Shown: positions 28,139 through 38,680, numbered from the whole stretch's first letter. The stretch: DNA of 63,943 nt, filler included, from Actinomycetota bacterium (GCA_046725875.1; 4 parts of 4 records of this genome joined end to end with filler, not necessarily neighbours in it), one strand, 5' to 3'. The notes: a model not told the origin generated them from the letters alone. Made by a program: numbers and translations.

Positions 28139-29845
28139 ATGGCGCGGGCGACCCTCGGCTCACCCGGAAACCCCGGGGTCGGGTCGGCGGAACCCGCGGC
28201 GGTCCGGGCGGGCCCAGGCGAACGGCGAGCGCAGAGAAGTGACCGCTGGGTGCGCAGGGGGGTGGCGGCCGGGTGCGGGCTGCTGCTGGCGCTTTCCTTT
28301 CCGCCCTCCGGCTGGTGGCCGCTCGCATTCCCGGCCGTCGCCGGCTTGAGCCTTGCCACGGCCGGCGTGCGAGCTCGGACCGGAGCGCTGCTCGGGCTGA
28401 TCTTCGGTGTGGTCTTCTTCGCAGTCCTGCTCGATTGGATGCAAGTGATCGGTGTCGACGCCTGGGTCACCCTCACATTGGCCGAGGCGGCCTACATGGC
28501 GGCCCTTGGCGCCGCGCTCGCGGTCACGGCGCGGCTCCGCTGGTGGCCACTGGCCCACGCGGCCCTCTGGGTCGGTGTCGAGCTGCTCCGGGCTCGTGTG
28601 CCGCTCGGCGGGTTTCCGTGGGGGCGCCTCGCCTTCGGCCAGACCCACACTCCGCTCACGCCCCTGGCCGCGCTTGGTGGCGCTCCACTGGTCACCTTCG
28701 CGACCGCACTGGTAGCCGCGCTCCTGGCGTACGTCCTGATCGTCACGGGCCGGGTGTGGAAAGCGCAGCCGGGGCCTGGTGTTGATCGCTTCGCGGCGCT
28801 GCCGGCCGGGCCGGCTCTCGCGGCGCTGGCGGGCATCGTTGCGGTCTTCGGCGTCGGGCTGCTGATCCCCACACCGGTAGGCGGGGAGCGGACGGTACGA
28901 GTGGCGCTCGTGCAGGGTAACGTGCCGAGGCTGGGGCTGGACTTCCAGGGCCAGCGGATGGCCGTGATCCGCAACCATGTGGAGGCCACCCTCGACCTTG
29001 CCCGCCGGGTCAACGCCGGCGAGCTGCCCCGTCCGGACTTGGTGATCTGGCCGGAGAACGCGACGGACATCGACCCTTACCGGGACGCCGAGGTTCGCGG
29101 TCTCATCGACGGCGCGGTCGCGGCGGTCGGGGTACCTACCCTGGTCGGTGCCGTGATTGATGGTGGTCCGGATGGTCGTCCACAGAACACCGGCATCGTC
29201 TGGGATCCCGCGACGGGGCCAGGCGAGACGTACATCAAGCGGCATCTGGTCCCGTTCGGCGAGTACGTTCCGTTTCGCTCGGTCCTGGAGAGCGGAGTCA
29301 CCCGCTTCGACCGGGTGCCCCGAGACTTCGCGGCGGGCAACGATGTCGGCCTGCTCGATCTCGGTCCGGCCAGGCTGGGCGACGTTATCTGCTTCGAGGT
29401 CGCCTATGACGATGTGGTGCGGGACACGGTTACCGCTGGCGGCCAGGCGATCGTGGTGCAGACGAACAACGCGACCTACGGCCGTACCGGCCAGACCGAG
29501 CAGCAGCTCGCGATCTCCCGCCTCCGCGCCGTAGAGCACGGTCGCGCCATGTTGATCGCGGCCACGAGCGGAATCAGCGCACTCGTGAACCCAGACGGCT
29601 CGATCGTGGACCGGTCTGCGGAGTTCACCCGGGACCTGATCGTCGGGGACGCTCCGCTGCGCAGCGCGCGTACCGTCGCAGACCGGGTGGGCGACGTACC
29701 GGAATGGCTGCTCGCGGCTGCCGGCCTCGCGGCGCTCATCCTCGCCTTGGCGCAGAACAAACGACGGCGCCGGTCCGGCGCACCGGATACCGTTGTCGAA
29801 CCGTTCGACCAAGGAGGCGAGAGTGTACCCGAGGTGACGTCGTGA
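28139..29845 (+). CDS. lnt: Apolipoprotein N-acyltransferase
   Basis: [43 protein letters not shown]. Confidence 0.95.
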   Translation: MARATLGSPGNPGVGSAEPAAVRAGPGERRAQRSDRWVRRGVAAGCGLLLALSFPPSGWWPLAFPAVAGLSLATAGVRARTGALLGLIFGVVFFAVLLDWMQVIGVDAWVTLTLAEAAYMAALGAALAVTARLRWWPLAHAALWVGVELLRARVPLGGFPWGRLAFGQTHTPLTPLAALGGAPLVTFATALVAALLAYVLIVTGRVWKAQPGPGVDRFAALPAGPALAALAGIVAVFGVGLLIPTPVGGERTVRVALVQGNVPRLGLDFQGQRMAVIRNHVEATLDLARRVNAGELPRPDLVIWPENATDIDPYRDAEVRGLIDGAVAAVGVPTLVGAVIDGGPDGRPQNTGIVWDPATGPGETYIKRHLVPFGEYVPFRSVLESGVTRFDRVPRDFAAGNDVGLLDLGPARLGDVICFEVAYDDVVRDTVTAGGQAIVVQTNNATYGRTGQTEQQLAISRLRAVEHGRAMLIAATSGISALVNPDGSIVDRSAEFTRDLIVGDAPLRSARTVADRVGDVPEWLLAAAGLAALILALAQNKRRRRSGAPDTVVEPFDQGGESVPEVTS

Positions 29846-30672
29846 CTGACCGAGTGCTCGTCATCATCCCGACGTACAACGAGACCGCGAACATCGAGCG
29901 GATCGTCGGCCGGGTCCGGGCGGCCCATCCCGCGGTCGACGTCTTGGTCGTCGACGACGCGAGCCCAGACGGGACAGGGGAGATCGCCGATCGGCTGGCC
30001 GCGGCCGACGGCCAGGTCCACGTGCTGCACCGCCCCGGGAAACAAGGCATCGGCGTCGCCTATATCGCTGGCTTCCGATGGGGGCTGGAGCGCGACTACG
30101 ACGTGCTGGTCGAGATGGACGCGGACGGCTCACATCAGCCGGAGGAGCTGCACCGCCTGCTCGGCGCGCTCGCTGAGCCGGCGGCCGGCGCGGCAGCCGC
30201 GGCTAGCACGGGCCCCGGCCCGGACGGCGGGGGCGGCGCCGACCTTGCCCTCGGGTCTCGGTGGGTCCCGGGCGGGCAGGTCCTGAACTGGCCCGCCTCC
30301 CGCAAGATCCTCTCCCGTGGCGGCAACACCTACGCGCGGCTCGCGCTAGCTATCCCGCTGCAGGACGCGACCGGCGGCTACCGAGCCTTCCGCCGAAAGG
30401 TACTGGAGTCGATAGGGCTGGAGGATGTCGCGTCTCAGGGCTATTGCTTCCAGGTCGACCTCGCGTGGCGCGCGCTGCGGTCCGGCTTCCGGGTGGTCGA
30501 AGTCCCGATCACCTTCGTCGAGCGGGAGCACGGCGCGAGCAAGATGAGCCGCTCGATCGTGACCGAGGCGCTATGGCGGATCACCGTGTGGGGGGCACGG
30601 CATCGGGGTCTGGCGCTGGTCGGCCACATCCGAACAAGCCGCGGCCGACCGGCGACCTACGGGCGACGGTAG
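29842..30672 (+). CDS. ppm1: Polyprenol-monophosphomannose synthase (GT2)
   Basis: [41 protein letters not shown]; follows lnt. Confidence 0.92.
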   Translation: MTDRVLVIIPTYNETANIERIVGRVRAAHPAVDVLVVDDASPDGTGEIADRLAAADGQVHVLHRPGKQGIGVAYIAGFRWGLERDYDVLVEMDADGSHQPEELHRLLGALAEPAAGAAAAASTGPGPDGGGGADLALGSRWVPGGQVLNWPASRKILSRGGNTYARLALAIPLQDATGGYRAFRRKVLESIGLEDVASQGYCFQVDLAWRALRSGFRVVEVPITFVEREHGASKMSRSIVTEALWRITVWGARHRGLALVGHIRTSRGRPATYGRR

Positions 30673-30723
30673 TCCTCCGCCCCGCACGACCAGCTCGGCT
30701 CCGGCGACCTACCGGCAGTAGCC

Positions 30724-30823
30724 NNNNNNNNNNNNNNNNNNNNNNNNNNNNNNNNNNNNNNNNNNNNTTAATTAATTAANNNNNNNNNNNNNNNNNNNNN
30801 NNNNNNNNNNNNNNNNNNNNNNN
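30724..30823. other. Artificial contig linker
   Basis: N run containing TTAATTAATTAA (stops in all frames). Confidence 0.98.
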
Positions 30824-30896
30824 CCGCACGACCAGATGCCTGCTAAGAGCCTCTCATGGCTCCTCGGTCGGATAGCTACATCGCGCAGATACTCTC

Positions 30897-30916
30897 CTCT
30901 CTCTCTCTCTCTCTCT
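30897..30916. repeat. (CT)10 microsatellite
   Basis: Ten consecutive CT units. Confidence 0.85.
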
Positions 30917-30947
30917 TCGACCGAACCGAGGCCGGCATGATTCGCCG

Positions 30948-31358
30948 CTAGACTTCGCTTCCGCTGTACCTCGCTAGGCCCCAGATGACTCCGACGGCGA
31001 GCGCGATGCAGACGATCGACCAGACCGGGTAGTACGGCAGCCAGGTGAAGTTGGCTATCGCGCTGAAGACCGCGAGGACGATTCCAATCGCCCGGGCCCA
31101 TGTCTGGCCCGAAAGCAGCGAGAATCCGGCGAACGCGACGACGGCGCCCAGGATGAGGTGGATCCAGCCCCACGCAGTCAAATCGGCTTCGAACGTGTAG
31201 TTCCGTACGCGGAGGAAGAACTCGTCATCGATGATCGCGACAAGTCCCATGATGCCATGGAAGATGCCCAACGTGATCATCATTATCGCGGCGAACACTA
31301 CCCACCCGGTCGCCCAAGGAGAGACGTCTCGGGCCGCTGCGCGTTCGACATCGACCAT
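30948..31358 (-). CDS. Small multi-pass actinobacterial membrane protein
   Basis: GWVVFAA, DLTAWGWIHL, WARAIGI, LPYYPVWS; GGAG RBS. Confidence 0.8.
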   Translation of the reverse strand: MVDVERAAARDVSPWATGWVVFAAIMMITLGIFHGIMGLVAIIDDEFFLRVRNYTFEADLTAWGWIHLILGAVVAFAGFSLLSGQTWARAIGIVLAVFSAIANFTWLPYYPVWSIVCIALAVGVIWGLARYSGSEV

Positions 31359-31476
31359 TTCGACTCCTTTTGTTGGTATGGCATCCGCTGTTGTTTACTT
31401 GCGCCGGCCCGCTTGGGCAGGCCCTGCTGCCATAGGTAGCTCGGTTGATCATCCCTCCGTAACGATCTGCGTCACC

Positions 31477-31493
31477 TCACCCTCGGGAGGTGA
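31477..31493. promoter_or_regulatory. TCACCC-N5-GGGTGA palindrome, copy 1
   Basis: TCACCC-tcggg-AGGTGA between divergent genes. Confidence 0.6.
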
Positions 31494-32116
31494 TGTATGG
31501 ATCCGCGAGGGCACGGGAACCTGGCGGCGTGGACGCACGGCGCGTGGCCCTCGGGATCGCGATCCTTCTTGCCGATCGGATGCAGACGGACCTCGGAATG
31601 CGGGGCGCACGTGCGCCAGGGACGGCTGGCGCGTTCGCCATCGGTGCAACAGCGACGGGGCTCGACCTCGCCGGCCGGGCGGTCAGGTCGGGACGGGAGG
31701 CAGCTGTCGGGCCCGTGAACTCCATTGCTGGCATCGGGCGGTTCTTCGCGCGGCAGCCGGTCGCCGAGCGGGTGCTCACGCCGGCCCGGCGCGTTGCAGA
31801 CTCGGTGGCGGAAGGTATGCGATCGACCGTGCGGCGCGGGCAGGTGATTGCCGGGAGCGCTCGCGCGGACGCCGTCACCTTCCTCGAACTCGAGACCAGC
31901 AACGGAATCGCTTGGCTGCGGACCGCGGTTGTTCCCGTCGTGATCGACGACCTCGTTGACAGCCCGAAGGTTCGCGAGCTCGCGGTGTCCCAGGCGCACG
32001 GCGCCTTGAACGATACGGCCAGAGTGCTTCGAGCACGCAGCGCCGACGCCGACGGACGGCTCGAGGCCGGTATCCGCCGGCTGTTCAATGCAAGGCGCCA
32101 TGAGCTTGCGCCATGA
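31490..32116 (+). CDS. Hypothetical protein
   Basis: 208-aa ORF with GGAGG near its start, overlapping the downstream RDD gene. Confidence 0.55.
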   Translation: MMYGSARAREPGGVDARRVALGIAILLADRMQTDLGMRGARAPGTAGAFAIGATATGLDLAGRAVRSGREAAVGPVNSIAGIGRFFARQPVAERVLTPARRVADSVAEGMRSTVRRGQVIAGSARADAVTFLELETSNGIAWLRTAVVPVVIDDLVDSPKVRELAVSQAHGALNDTARVLRARSADADGRLEAGIRRLFNARRHELAP

Positions 32117-32666
32117 CGAGGTGCATGGCGACGACTGGCGTCGTGCCGAACCGCCCGACGACGGAGCGCCTGAGCAGGTGCGCTACGGCGACTGGCAGCA
32201 TGAGTCACACCAGCATCCGGAGCTGCGGCACGACGACTACGCCGGCCTCGTCTCGCGTCTGCTGGCCGTGGTCATCGACGTCGCTCTCATCACGCTCGCG
32301 GCGGCGGTCGTCATCGCGCTCAGCGTCGGCGCCGCCGAGCTGACCCTCGGCGACACCCCACGCTGGGCCGAGTGGGTTGTCGGTGCAGTGGTCGCCGTCC
32401 TTCCGACCGGGTACCTCACTGTTGCCTGGTGGACGACCGGCCAGACGGCCGGGTCGATGGCGTTGGGAATTGCCGTTCGGCAGGGGGACGGGCGACCGCC
32501 CGGCTTCCCACGTTCGCTCGTGCGGGCTCTGCTCGCGCTGGCCTTCCCCGTGGTATGGCTGCTCGGCCTCGCCGTGGGGCTGGTCGACCAACGCAGGCGG
32601 GGCCTCCTCGATATGGTCGTTGGCACTGTCGTCGTGTACGTGCCGGAGCGTCACGCGGAGCGCTAA
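32100..32666 (+). CDS. RDD family membrane protein
   Basis: YAGLVSRLLAVVID, GQTAGSMALGI, RRGLLDMVVGTVVV. Confidence 0.85.
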   Translation: MSLRHDEVHGDDWRRAEPPDDGAPEQVRYGDWQHESHQHPELRHDDYAGLVSRLLAVVIDVALITLAAAVVIALSVGAAELTLGDTPRWAEWVVGAVVAVLPTGYLTVAWWTTGQTAGSMALGIAVRQGDGRPPGFPRSLVRALLALAFPVVWLLGLAVGLVDQRRRGLLDMVVGTVVVYVPERHAER

Positions 32667-32754
32667 CGACCGTGTCGCGGTGGTCGCTGGCAGCAGTGCT
32701 CGGGCCCGCCAACGAGCTGACTCCCCCGCAACCGCCCGTCCGCAAATCGGCCCT

Positions 32755-32771
32755 TCACCCCCCTAGGGTGA
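32755..32771. promoter_or_regulatory. TCACCC-N5-GGGTGA palindrome, copy 2
   Basis: TCACCC-cccta-GGGTGA, about 67 nt before the next ATG. Confidence 0.65.
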
Positions 32772-32837
32772 TTGCCTGCGGCCGGACCACCGTATAGACC
32801 AGAGTGGTGCCGCAGCTCTGAAGGAAGAGAGGCAGTC

Positions 32838-33332
32838 ATGGGTGTAGGCCAAGCGGCCACGCCGGCCGACACGGGCGGTGACCTCGACAGCATGGGCCCG
32901 ATCGACTACATCGTGGTTGAGTTCCCGGGCAGCCGGTTGAGAGGCGAAGCGATGCCGCTCCTCGTCGACCTCGTTGACCGGGGCATCATCCGCGTGCTCG
33001 ATCTTGTCTTCGTCAAGAAGGAGCTGGACGGGACGGTTCGGGGACTCGAGATCGCGGATATGGACGGGGACGATCGGCTCGACCTCGCGGTCTTCGAGGG
33101 GGCCGCGTCTGGACTGCTCGACCAGGAGGACATCGACGAGGCCGGCGCGGTGCTCGAGCCGGGCAGCTCGGCAGCGATGCTCGTCTACGAGAACGTCTGG
33201 GCGGCGCCATTCGCCTCCGCCGTCCGGCGGGCCGGGGGTCAGCTGGTGGCCAGCGGCCGGATCCCCGTACAGGCGATCCTCGCCGCGCTGGAGGCGGCGG
33301 AGGCCTCCGAGTCGACCGAAGGGAGCCGATGA
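32838..33332 (+). CDS. DUF6325/DUF1269-like protein
   Basis: MGPIDYIVVEFPG, IRVLDLVFV, GLLDQEDI, YENVWA, SGRIP. Confidence 0.8.
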   Translation: MGVGQAATPADTGGDLDSMGPIDYIVVEFPGSRLRGEAMPLLVDLVDRGIIRVLDLVFVKKELDGTVRGLEIADMDGDDRLDLAVFEGAASGLLDQEDIDEAGAVLEPGSSAAMLVYENVWAAPFASAVRRAGGQLVASGRIPVQAILAALEAAEASESTEGSR

Positions 33333-33643
33333 TGCCCGGTCTTCTCCGGGGAGTTGCCCGTACGGCGGTGGTCGCCGGAACTGCGACCGCGGTCTCTAAC
33401 CGGGTCTCCCGTCGACAGGCCGGCCGGTGGGCCGAGCAGGAGCAGGCGCAGGCCTACGAGCAGCAGCAATACACGCAACAGCAGGCCTACGCGCAGCAGC
33501 AATACGCGCAGCCTGCCGCGGCAGCCGACCCCGAGATGGATGCCCGGCTTGCGCAGCTTCGGCAGCTTGGTGACCTGAGAGAGCAAGGCCTTCTTACGGA
33601 CGAGGAGTTCGCGGAACAGAAGCGCCGGCTGCTCGGCTCGTGA
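33329..33643 (+). CDS. SHOCT-domain small protein
   Basis: PGLLRGVARTAVVAGTATAVS; C-terminal LRQLGDLREQGLLTDEEFAEQKRRLL. Confidence 0.85.
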   Translation: MMPGLLRGVARTAVVAGTATAVSNRVSRRQAGRWAEQEQAQAYEQQQYTQQQAYAQQQYAQPAAAADPEMDARLAQLRQLGDLREQGLLTDEEFAEQKRRLLGS

Positions 33644-33719
33644 AAGCCGGGGCGGGGGCAACGGAGAGACAGACGCTGCGGCAGGCGCAGCGTGCTGCGT
33701 CGACCGACCGCGGAGTTGC

Positions 33720-34253
33720 ATGACGGCTGACCGGGCACCAGGGCGGCGGCGCGGGCGGGCGCCGGTCTCGCCCCCGTCGGTGCCGGCCGGCATTTACGGT
33801 ACTGTCATCTGCGCGTCGATCCTGGCGTCCGCGGAGGAGCGCGCCCTGTGGGTTGCGCTCGTCGTCGTAGTCACGTTGCTTGTCTACTGGCTGGCCGAAC
33901 GGTACGCCGAGGTGTTGGGCCTGGCCGCGTCACCGGACGATAAGGGTGCGCCCAACCTCACGTCAGGCCATAAGATCACTGGCGAACATGTGCGTCACGT
34001 ACTCAGCTCAGGCTGGCCCATGATCGAGGCGTCGGTAACCCCCTTGGTCGTGCTGTTGGGCAGTCGGCTCCTCGGCGCGAGCAATGCGACCGCCATCAAC
34101 ATTGCCCTGACGTACACGGTCTTCCTCTTGGTCTTCCTGGGCTGGCTCGCCGCGACGCGGGCCGGGCTGAGCGGATGGCCGCGCCTTGCCGCGACGGCAT
34201 TCACGGCCCTGCTCGGCCTCATCGTCGTCGCGCTGAAGGCGTCGTTGCACTGA
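33720..34253 (+). CDS. Hypothetical membrane protein
   Basis: GIYGTV, YWLAERYA, several hydrophobic helices. Confidence 0.7.
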   Translation: MTADRAPGRRRGRAPVSPPSVPAGIYGTVICASILASAEERALWVALVVVVTLLVYWLAERYAEVLGLAASPDDKGAPNLTSGHKITGEHVRHVLSSGWPMIEASVTPLVVLLGSRLLGASNATAINIALTYTVFLLVFLGWLAATRAGLSGWPRLAATAFTALLGLIVVALKASLH

Positions 34254-34290
34254 CCCGCGGGCCCGACCTCCAGCAAGGAATTACCGCCGG

Positions 34291-34713
34291 TCAGGAGGCG
34301 AGCACCTTTGCCTTCGCGTTCTCGTACTCGGCGTCGGTGATGTCGCCACGGTCTTTCAGGCTGGCAAGCTTGGCCAACTCGTCTGCCCTGGTCAGCCCGG
34401 ACGGCGGGCTTTCGGCCGCGACTTCCTGAACATAGGAACGGAAGGCCTGCTCCTGGGCCTGAGCCTGCTTCACGTCACGCTCACCCATCCCCTTACCGCG
34501 CGCGATCAGGTAGACGAGAACGCCCAAGAAGGGCAGCACGATAACCAATACCGTCCAGCCCGCCTTTCCCCACCCGCTCAGACTGTCGTCGCGGAAGAGG
34601 TCGGCGAAGATCCTGAAGAGCAGGAAGAACCACAGGATCCAGAGGAAGAACCACAGCATCGTGAGGAACGCGTTCAGCAGGGGGTAGTCGTTCACGATCG
34701 CCTCCCTTGCCAT
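34291..34713 (-). CDS. PLDc_N + SHOCT domain membrane protein
   Basis: DLFRDDSLSGWGKAGW...PFLGVLVYLIARG; ELAKLASLKDRGDITDAEY. Confidence 0.85.
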   Translation of the reverse strand: MAREAIVNDYPLLNAFLTMLWFFLWILWFFLLFRIFADLFRDDSLSGWGKAGWTVLVIVLPFLGVLVYLIARGKGMGERDVKQAQAQEQAFRSYVQEVAAESPPSGLTRADELAKLASLKDRGDITDAEYENAKAKVLAS

Positions 34714-34739
34714 CCTCCGCCGAATGGCGGGGTGGGTTA

Positions 34740-36650
34740 CTAACGTTGACTAGCTTGACGGTGTCGGAGTGCAGAGAGATCGGCATCACCCGGCGCGGGT
34801 GGCGTTGCCGTCTGAGCTCGCTGATCGAGCCGCTGGTTAAGCCTTAGTGCGGCGTTGATCAGCGCCAGGTGGGTGAAGGCCTGTGGGAAGTTGCCGAGCT
34901 GCTCACCAGTAAGCCCGATCTCTTCGGCGTACAGCCCGAGATGGTTGGCGTACGTGAACATCTTCTCGAAGGTCAGCAACGCCTCATCGAGCCGACCTGA
35001 ACGGGCCAGCGCCTCGACGAACCAGAAGGTGCAGAGGGAGAACGTGCCTTCCGAGCCGCGCAGCCCGTCTGGAGAGGCTTCCGGGTTGTAGCGATAGACC
35101 AGGCTGTCGGAGACGAGCTCGTCGTCCATCGCGTCAAGAGTGGAGAGCCACATCGGATCGGACGGACTGACGAGGCCGACCTGCACCATGCGCAAGAGCG
35201 ACGCATCGAGGGTTTGGCCTCCGTAGTACTGGACGAAGGCTCCTCGTTCCTTGCTCCAACCGCGCTCCATGACCTGCTGGTAGATGAGATCTCGTTGTTG
35301 CGTCCAGCGACCGACGTCGGCGGGGCGGCCGCGCTCGACCGCCAACCGCACGGCGCGATCGAACGCGGCCCAAGAGTTGATCCGGCCGTAGACGAAATGC
35401 TGCTGGCCGCCGCGGGTCTCCCAAATGCCCTCGTCAGGGCGGTCCCAGTTGTCGGCCAGCCAGTCGTGGATTGCGGCAAGGCGGGTCCAGGTGTGGTGGC
35501 TTATGTCAACCCCATGCCGGTGGGCGTAGTGGATGCACTCCATGGCCTCGCCATAGATGTCCAGCTGCAACTGGTCGGAGGCGCCGTTGCCGATCCGGAC
35601 CGGCCTGGAGCTTCGGTAGCCGTCCAGGTGCGGGAGCGTCTCCTCGTCCAGGCCAGACGAACCGTCTACCCGGTACATGATCTTCAGCGGTCCGGAGTCT
35701 CCGCCGGCCTGCTCCTGCACCCGGTCTGAGAGCCAGTCCACGAACGCGCTGGCCTCGTCGACATAGCCCAGACCGAGCAGGGCGTAGACAGAGAAGGAGG
35801 CATCCCGGATCCAGGTGAATCGGTAGTCCCAGTTGCGCTCGCCACCGACCTGCTCGGGCAGTCCGGCGGTCGGCGCGGCGACTAGGGCACCACTCGGCGC
35901 GTAGGTCAGCAGCTTGAGGGTCATCGCGGACCGCTGCACCTGTTCGCGCCAACGTCCCCGGTAGGTCGAGCGGCCGAGCCAGCGACGCCAGAAGCTGACG
36001 GTGTCACTGAAGAGCTCGAGTACTTCGGTTCGCTCGAGGCGGTGGGGTGTCCGGCCGACCCCCGCCTCGAGCATCGCTCCGCCGACCGCGCCCGGACGCA
36101 AGGTGCCGGTCACTCGTAGTCCATCCCCCTCCGGGTGTGGAACCCGTGGGTTCGACGAATCCCACTCGAGTGTCCGGGCGACATGCAGAGTCAGTTGGGC
36201 CCCATTCGACCCGAACACTGCTCCGTCCTCGGTCAGATCCAGTCTGTGGGCCGCCCGGCCGTAGTCGAACCGCGGTTCGCACTCCACGACGAACCGCATC
36301 TCCCCCCGAACGACCCGCAGCAGCCGCACCAGCCGGTGCTGGTCGGTCGGGTCGCCCGACTCCGCGACCGGCATGAAGTCGACTACCTCCCCCACCCCTC
36401 CGGGAGTCATGAACCTGGTCACCAAGATTGCGCTCTCCGGCAGGTATAGCTGGCGCGTGACGTAACCCTCATCGGCGGGCGCGATCCGGAAGTAGCCGCC
36501 CCTCTCGCGGTCGAGCAGCGACGCGAAGACGCTGGGTGAGTCGAACCTCGGCAAGCACAGCCAGTCGATCTCGCCGTCGGTGCTGATCAGCGCCGCGGTC
36601 TGCAGGTCGCCGATGAGACCATGATCAGCAATCGTGGGATAGCCCTTCAT
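34740..36650 (-). CDS. Glycoside hydrolase family 15 (trehalase/glucoamylase-like)
   Basis: [61 protein letters not shown]. Confidence 0.93.
   Translation of the reverse strand: MKGYPTIADHGLIGDLQTAALISTDGEIDWLCLPRFDSPSVFASLLDRERGGYFRIAPADEGYVTRQLYLPESAILVTRFMTPGGVGEVVDFMPVAESGDPTDQHRLVRLLRVVRGEMRFVVECEPRFDYGRAAHRLDLTEDGAVFGSNGAQLTLHVARTLEWDSSNPRVPHPEGDGLRVTGTLRPGAVGGAMLEAGVGRTPHRLERTEVLELFSDTVSFWRRWLGRSTYRGRWREQVQRSAMTLKLLTYAPSGALVAAPTAGLPEQVGGERNWDYRFTWIRDASFSVYALLGLGYVDEASAFVDWLSDRVQEQAGGDSGPLKIMYRVDGSSGLDEETLPHLDGYRSSRPVRIGNGASDQLQLDIYGEAMECIHYAHRHGVDISHHTWTRLAAIHDWLADNWDRPDEGIWETRGGQQHFVYGRINSWAAFDRAVRLAVERGRPADVGRWTQQRDLIYQQVMERGWSKERGAFVQYYGGQTLDASLLRMVQVGLVSPSDPMWLSTLDAMDDELVSDSLVYRYNPEASPDGLRGSEGTFSLCTFWFVEALARSGRLDEALLTFEKMFTYANHLGLYAEEIGLTGEQLGNFPQAFTHLALINAALRLNQRLDQRAQTATPPAPGDADLSALRHRQASQR
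34786..34802. promoter_or_regulatory. TCACCC-N5-GGGTGA palindrome, copy 3
   Basis: TCACCC-ggcgc-GGGTGG inside the GH15 tail, about 73 nt before the SHOCT/PLDc_N start. Confidence 0.5.
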
Positions 36651-36745
36651 GCGTACCACTCCGGTTCCACCTGGAAGGTTGCGGATGCCGAAAACCAACC
36701 GCATCTCGTTGTGATCGAGCCTTCGACGCCCGCGCAGATACGGCA

Positions 36746-36762
36746 TCACCCCGGTGGGGTGA
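36746..36762. promoter_or_regulatory. TCACCC-N5-GGGTGA palindrome, copy 4
   Basis: TCACCC-cggtg-GGGTGA upstream of the GH15 gene. Confidence 0.65.
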
Positions 36763-36819
36763 CCGCCGGCTATAACACCGGCCGCGCTCGTACTCCAGGA
36801 CGACAGGCTCGCGGCGGAC

Positions 36820-36917
36820 CCGCGGCCAAAGCATGACGCCGAGAATGCCGAACAGGATCAGCCAGATCCTTCAGGATGATCGCGAGCGCGAGGACAGAGA
36901 TCTCCGGATAGCCGGCT
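36820..36917 (-). pseudogene. Possible remnant of an HdeD/DUF308-like membrane protein gene
   Basis: AGYPEISVLALAIIL, then after a frameshift IWLILFGILGVML; no start codon. Confidence 0.35.
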
Positions 36918-36935
36918 CATGACGGCGTGTCGGAC

Positions 36936-36952
36936 TCACCCCGGCGAGGTGA
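36936..36952. promoter_or_regulatory. TCACCC-N5-GGGTGA palindrome, copy 5
   Basis: TCACCC-cggcg-AGGTGA upstream of sulP. Confidence 0.6.
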
Positions 36953-36979
36953 GGCGGCACTCGGGTTCGGCCTCCACAG

Positions 36980-38638
36980 TTGGCGGTGATGACGCCCTGG
37001 CCGCCCATCCTCGGCTGGCTGCCCCGCTATCAACGGCGTTGGCTGTCCGGTGACGTGTTCGGCGCGTTCATGGCATGGGCGATTGTCGTACCCGAGTCGA
37101 TCGCGTATGCCGGGATCGCCGGGGTGCCACCACAGAACGCATTCTATGCGGCGCCGGTCGCATTGATCGCGTACGCGGTCTTCGGAACCTCCCGGCATCT
37201 GGTCGTGGCCGCGACCTCGGCGACCGCGATCATGTCGGCTGCGACGGTCGCGGCGGCCAGCGGCAATCCAGAGAGCGCGGCGGTCTTCTCGGCTGCGCTC
37301 GCCGTCTTTGCCGGACTCATCCTTGTCGTCGCGGGGCTGCTCAGGCTCGGCTTCGTCGCCAACTTCCTCGCCGAGCCGGTCCTCGTCGGGTTTCTCTTCG
37401 GGCTCGCCCTGATCGTCATCATTCGCCAGCTTGGCCAACTGCTCGGCCTCTCCTCAGGCGATGGGAACTTCTTCAAGCGACTGGGGCACCTAGTCGGCAA
37501 TCTGGGCGAGGCGAGCACGACCACGCTCGCGGTGGGGGGTACAGCTCTAGTGGCCCTGCTTGCCCTCGAGACCTACGCCAAGCGGCTGCCGGCCGCGCTC
37601 GTCGTGGTTGTCATCGCGATCGCGGTCTCGACCGGGCTCAACCTCGAGGACCACGGCGTCGACATGGTGGGGAAGATCCCGAGCGCTGTTCCGTCGTTTG
37701 CCGTCCCCGACGTCGGCTGGTCCGACCTCGGGAAGATGGCCGGCGGCGCATTCGGCCTGGCGCTGATCGCGTTTGCCGAGAGCTACGGCATCTCCGCCCG
37801 ACTAGCCGCCAAGAAGGGGTACGACGTCGATCCGCACCAGGAGCTCATGGCGATCGGCACGGCGAACGCCGCAGCGGGCCTGTTCCGCGGATTCGCCGTA
37901 TCCGGAAGCGCTTTGCGGGCTACCGCTGTCGAGGCGGCCGGTGGGCATTCCCCGCTGGCGTCTCTGGCTGCCGCGGGCGGCGTCCTGGTCACGGCGGCCT
38001 TCCTCACCCCGTTGTTCACCGATCTTCCGCTGGCCGTCCTCGGCGCCATCGTCATCGTGGCAGTGCGTGGCTTCCTCCGGGTGGATGAGCTTCTTCGGTA
38101 CGCGCGCCTGCAGCCCGTCGCGCTTGTCGCCGCGGTCACGGCACTCCTGGGGGTTCTGTTGTTCGACGTGCTCCCGGGCTTGCTTATCGCCGTCGCGCTC
38201 TCGTTGGCCATGTTCGTCGGGTCGACCAGCGCGCCGCGAGTGACGGCCTGGCGACCCGGGAACCGGCGCGGACTTCTGGTCGTACGCCCGGATGGCCAGC
38301 TCTACTTCGCGAACGCAAATCGCATTCGTGGGGATACGAAAGCCCTTGCCGGATCGGAGGAAGCAACCCATGTAGTCGTCCTCGACCTTTCCGGATGCTT
38401 CCGGCTGGGAGTGGCCGTGGCGGACACACTGGGGGACCTGCAGGGGGAGCTTGAACGGGACGGCAAGGCGCTGTGGCTCGCCGAGTTGAACCCCAAGGTG
38501 GCTCGAATGGTGGCCCGCTCCGGGCTCGCCGAGGCCGTGGGGCTGAATTGCGTCCATGCGACGGTAACCGGTGCCGTCGCGGCCTACGACGCCATGCTCC
38601 GACCTTCGCCATCCCGTGGCGACCCGGCGCGCCAGTGA
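36980..38638 (+). CDS. SulP/SLC26 family anion permease with STAS domain
   Basis: VPESIAYAGIAG, FGTSRHL, QELMAIG..N, LYFANA STAS. Confidence 0.9.
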   Translation: MAVMTPWPPILGWLPRYQRRWLSGDVFGAFMAWAIVVPESIAYAGIAGVPPQNAFYAAPVALIAYAVFGTSRHLVVAATSATAIMSAATVAAASGNPESAAVFSAALAVFAGLILVVAGLLRLGFVANFLAEPVLVGFLFGLALIVIIRQLGQLLGLSSGDGNFFKRLGHLVGNLGEASTTTLAVGGTALVALLALETYAKRLPAALVVVVIAIAVSTGLNLEDHGVDMVGKIPSAVPSFAVPDVGWSDLGKMAGGAFGLALIAFAESYGISARLAAKKGYDVDPHQELMAIGTANAAAGLFRGFAVSGSALRATAVEAAGGHSPLASLAAAGGVLVTAAFLTPLFTDLPLAVLGAIVIVAVRGFLRVDELLRYARLQPVALVAAVTALLGVLLFDVLPGLLIAVALSLAMFVGSTSAPRVTAWRPGNRRGLLVVRPDGQLYFANANRIRGDTKALAGSEEATHVVVLDLSGCFRLGVAVADTLGDLQGELERDGKALWLAELNPKVARMVARSGLAEAVGLNCVHATVTGAVAAYDAMLRPSPSRGDPARQ

Positions 38639-38680
38639 GGCCGTTGAGGCGTGGCGACCACTCGATACCGAAGTCTCCGC

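Noticed and set aside
5711..29812. Long antisense or alternate-frame ORFs (e.g. 5711-7021, 17109-18620, 22858-23751, 28160-29812)
   Set aside because: They overlap well-supported genes and lack motifs; such ORFs are expected from stop-codon scarcity in high-GC DNA
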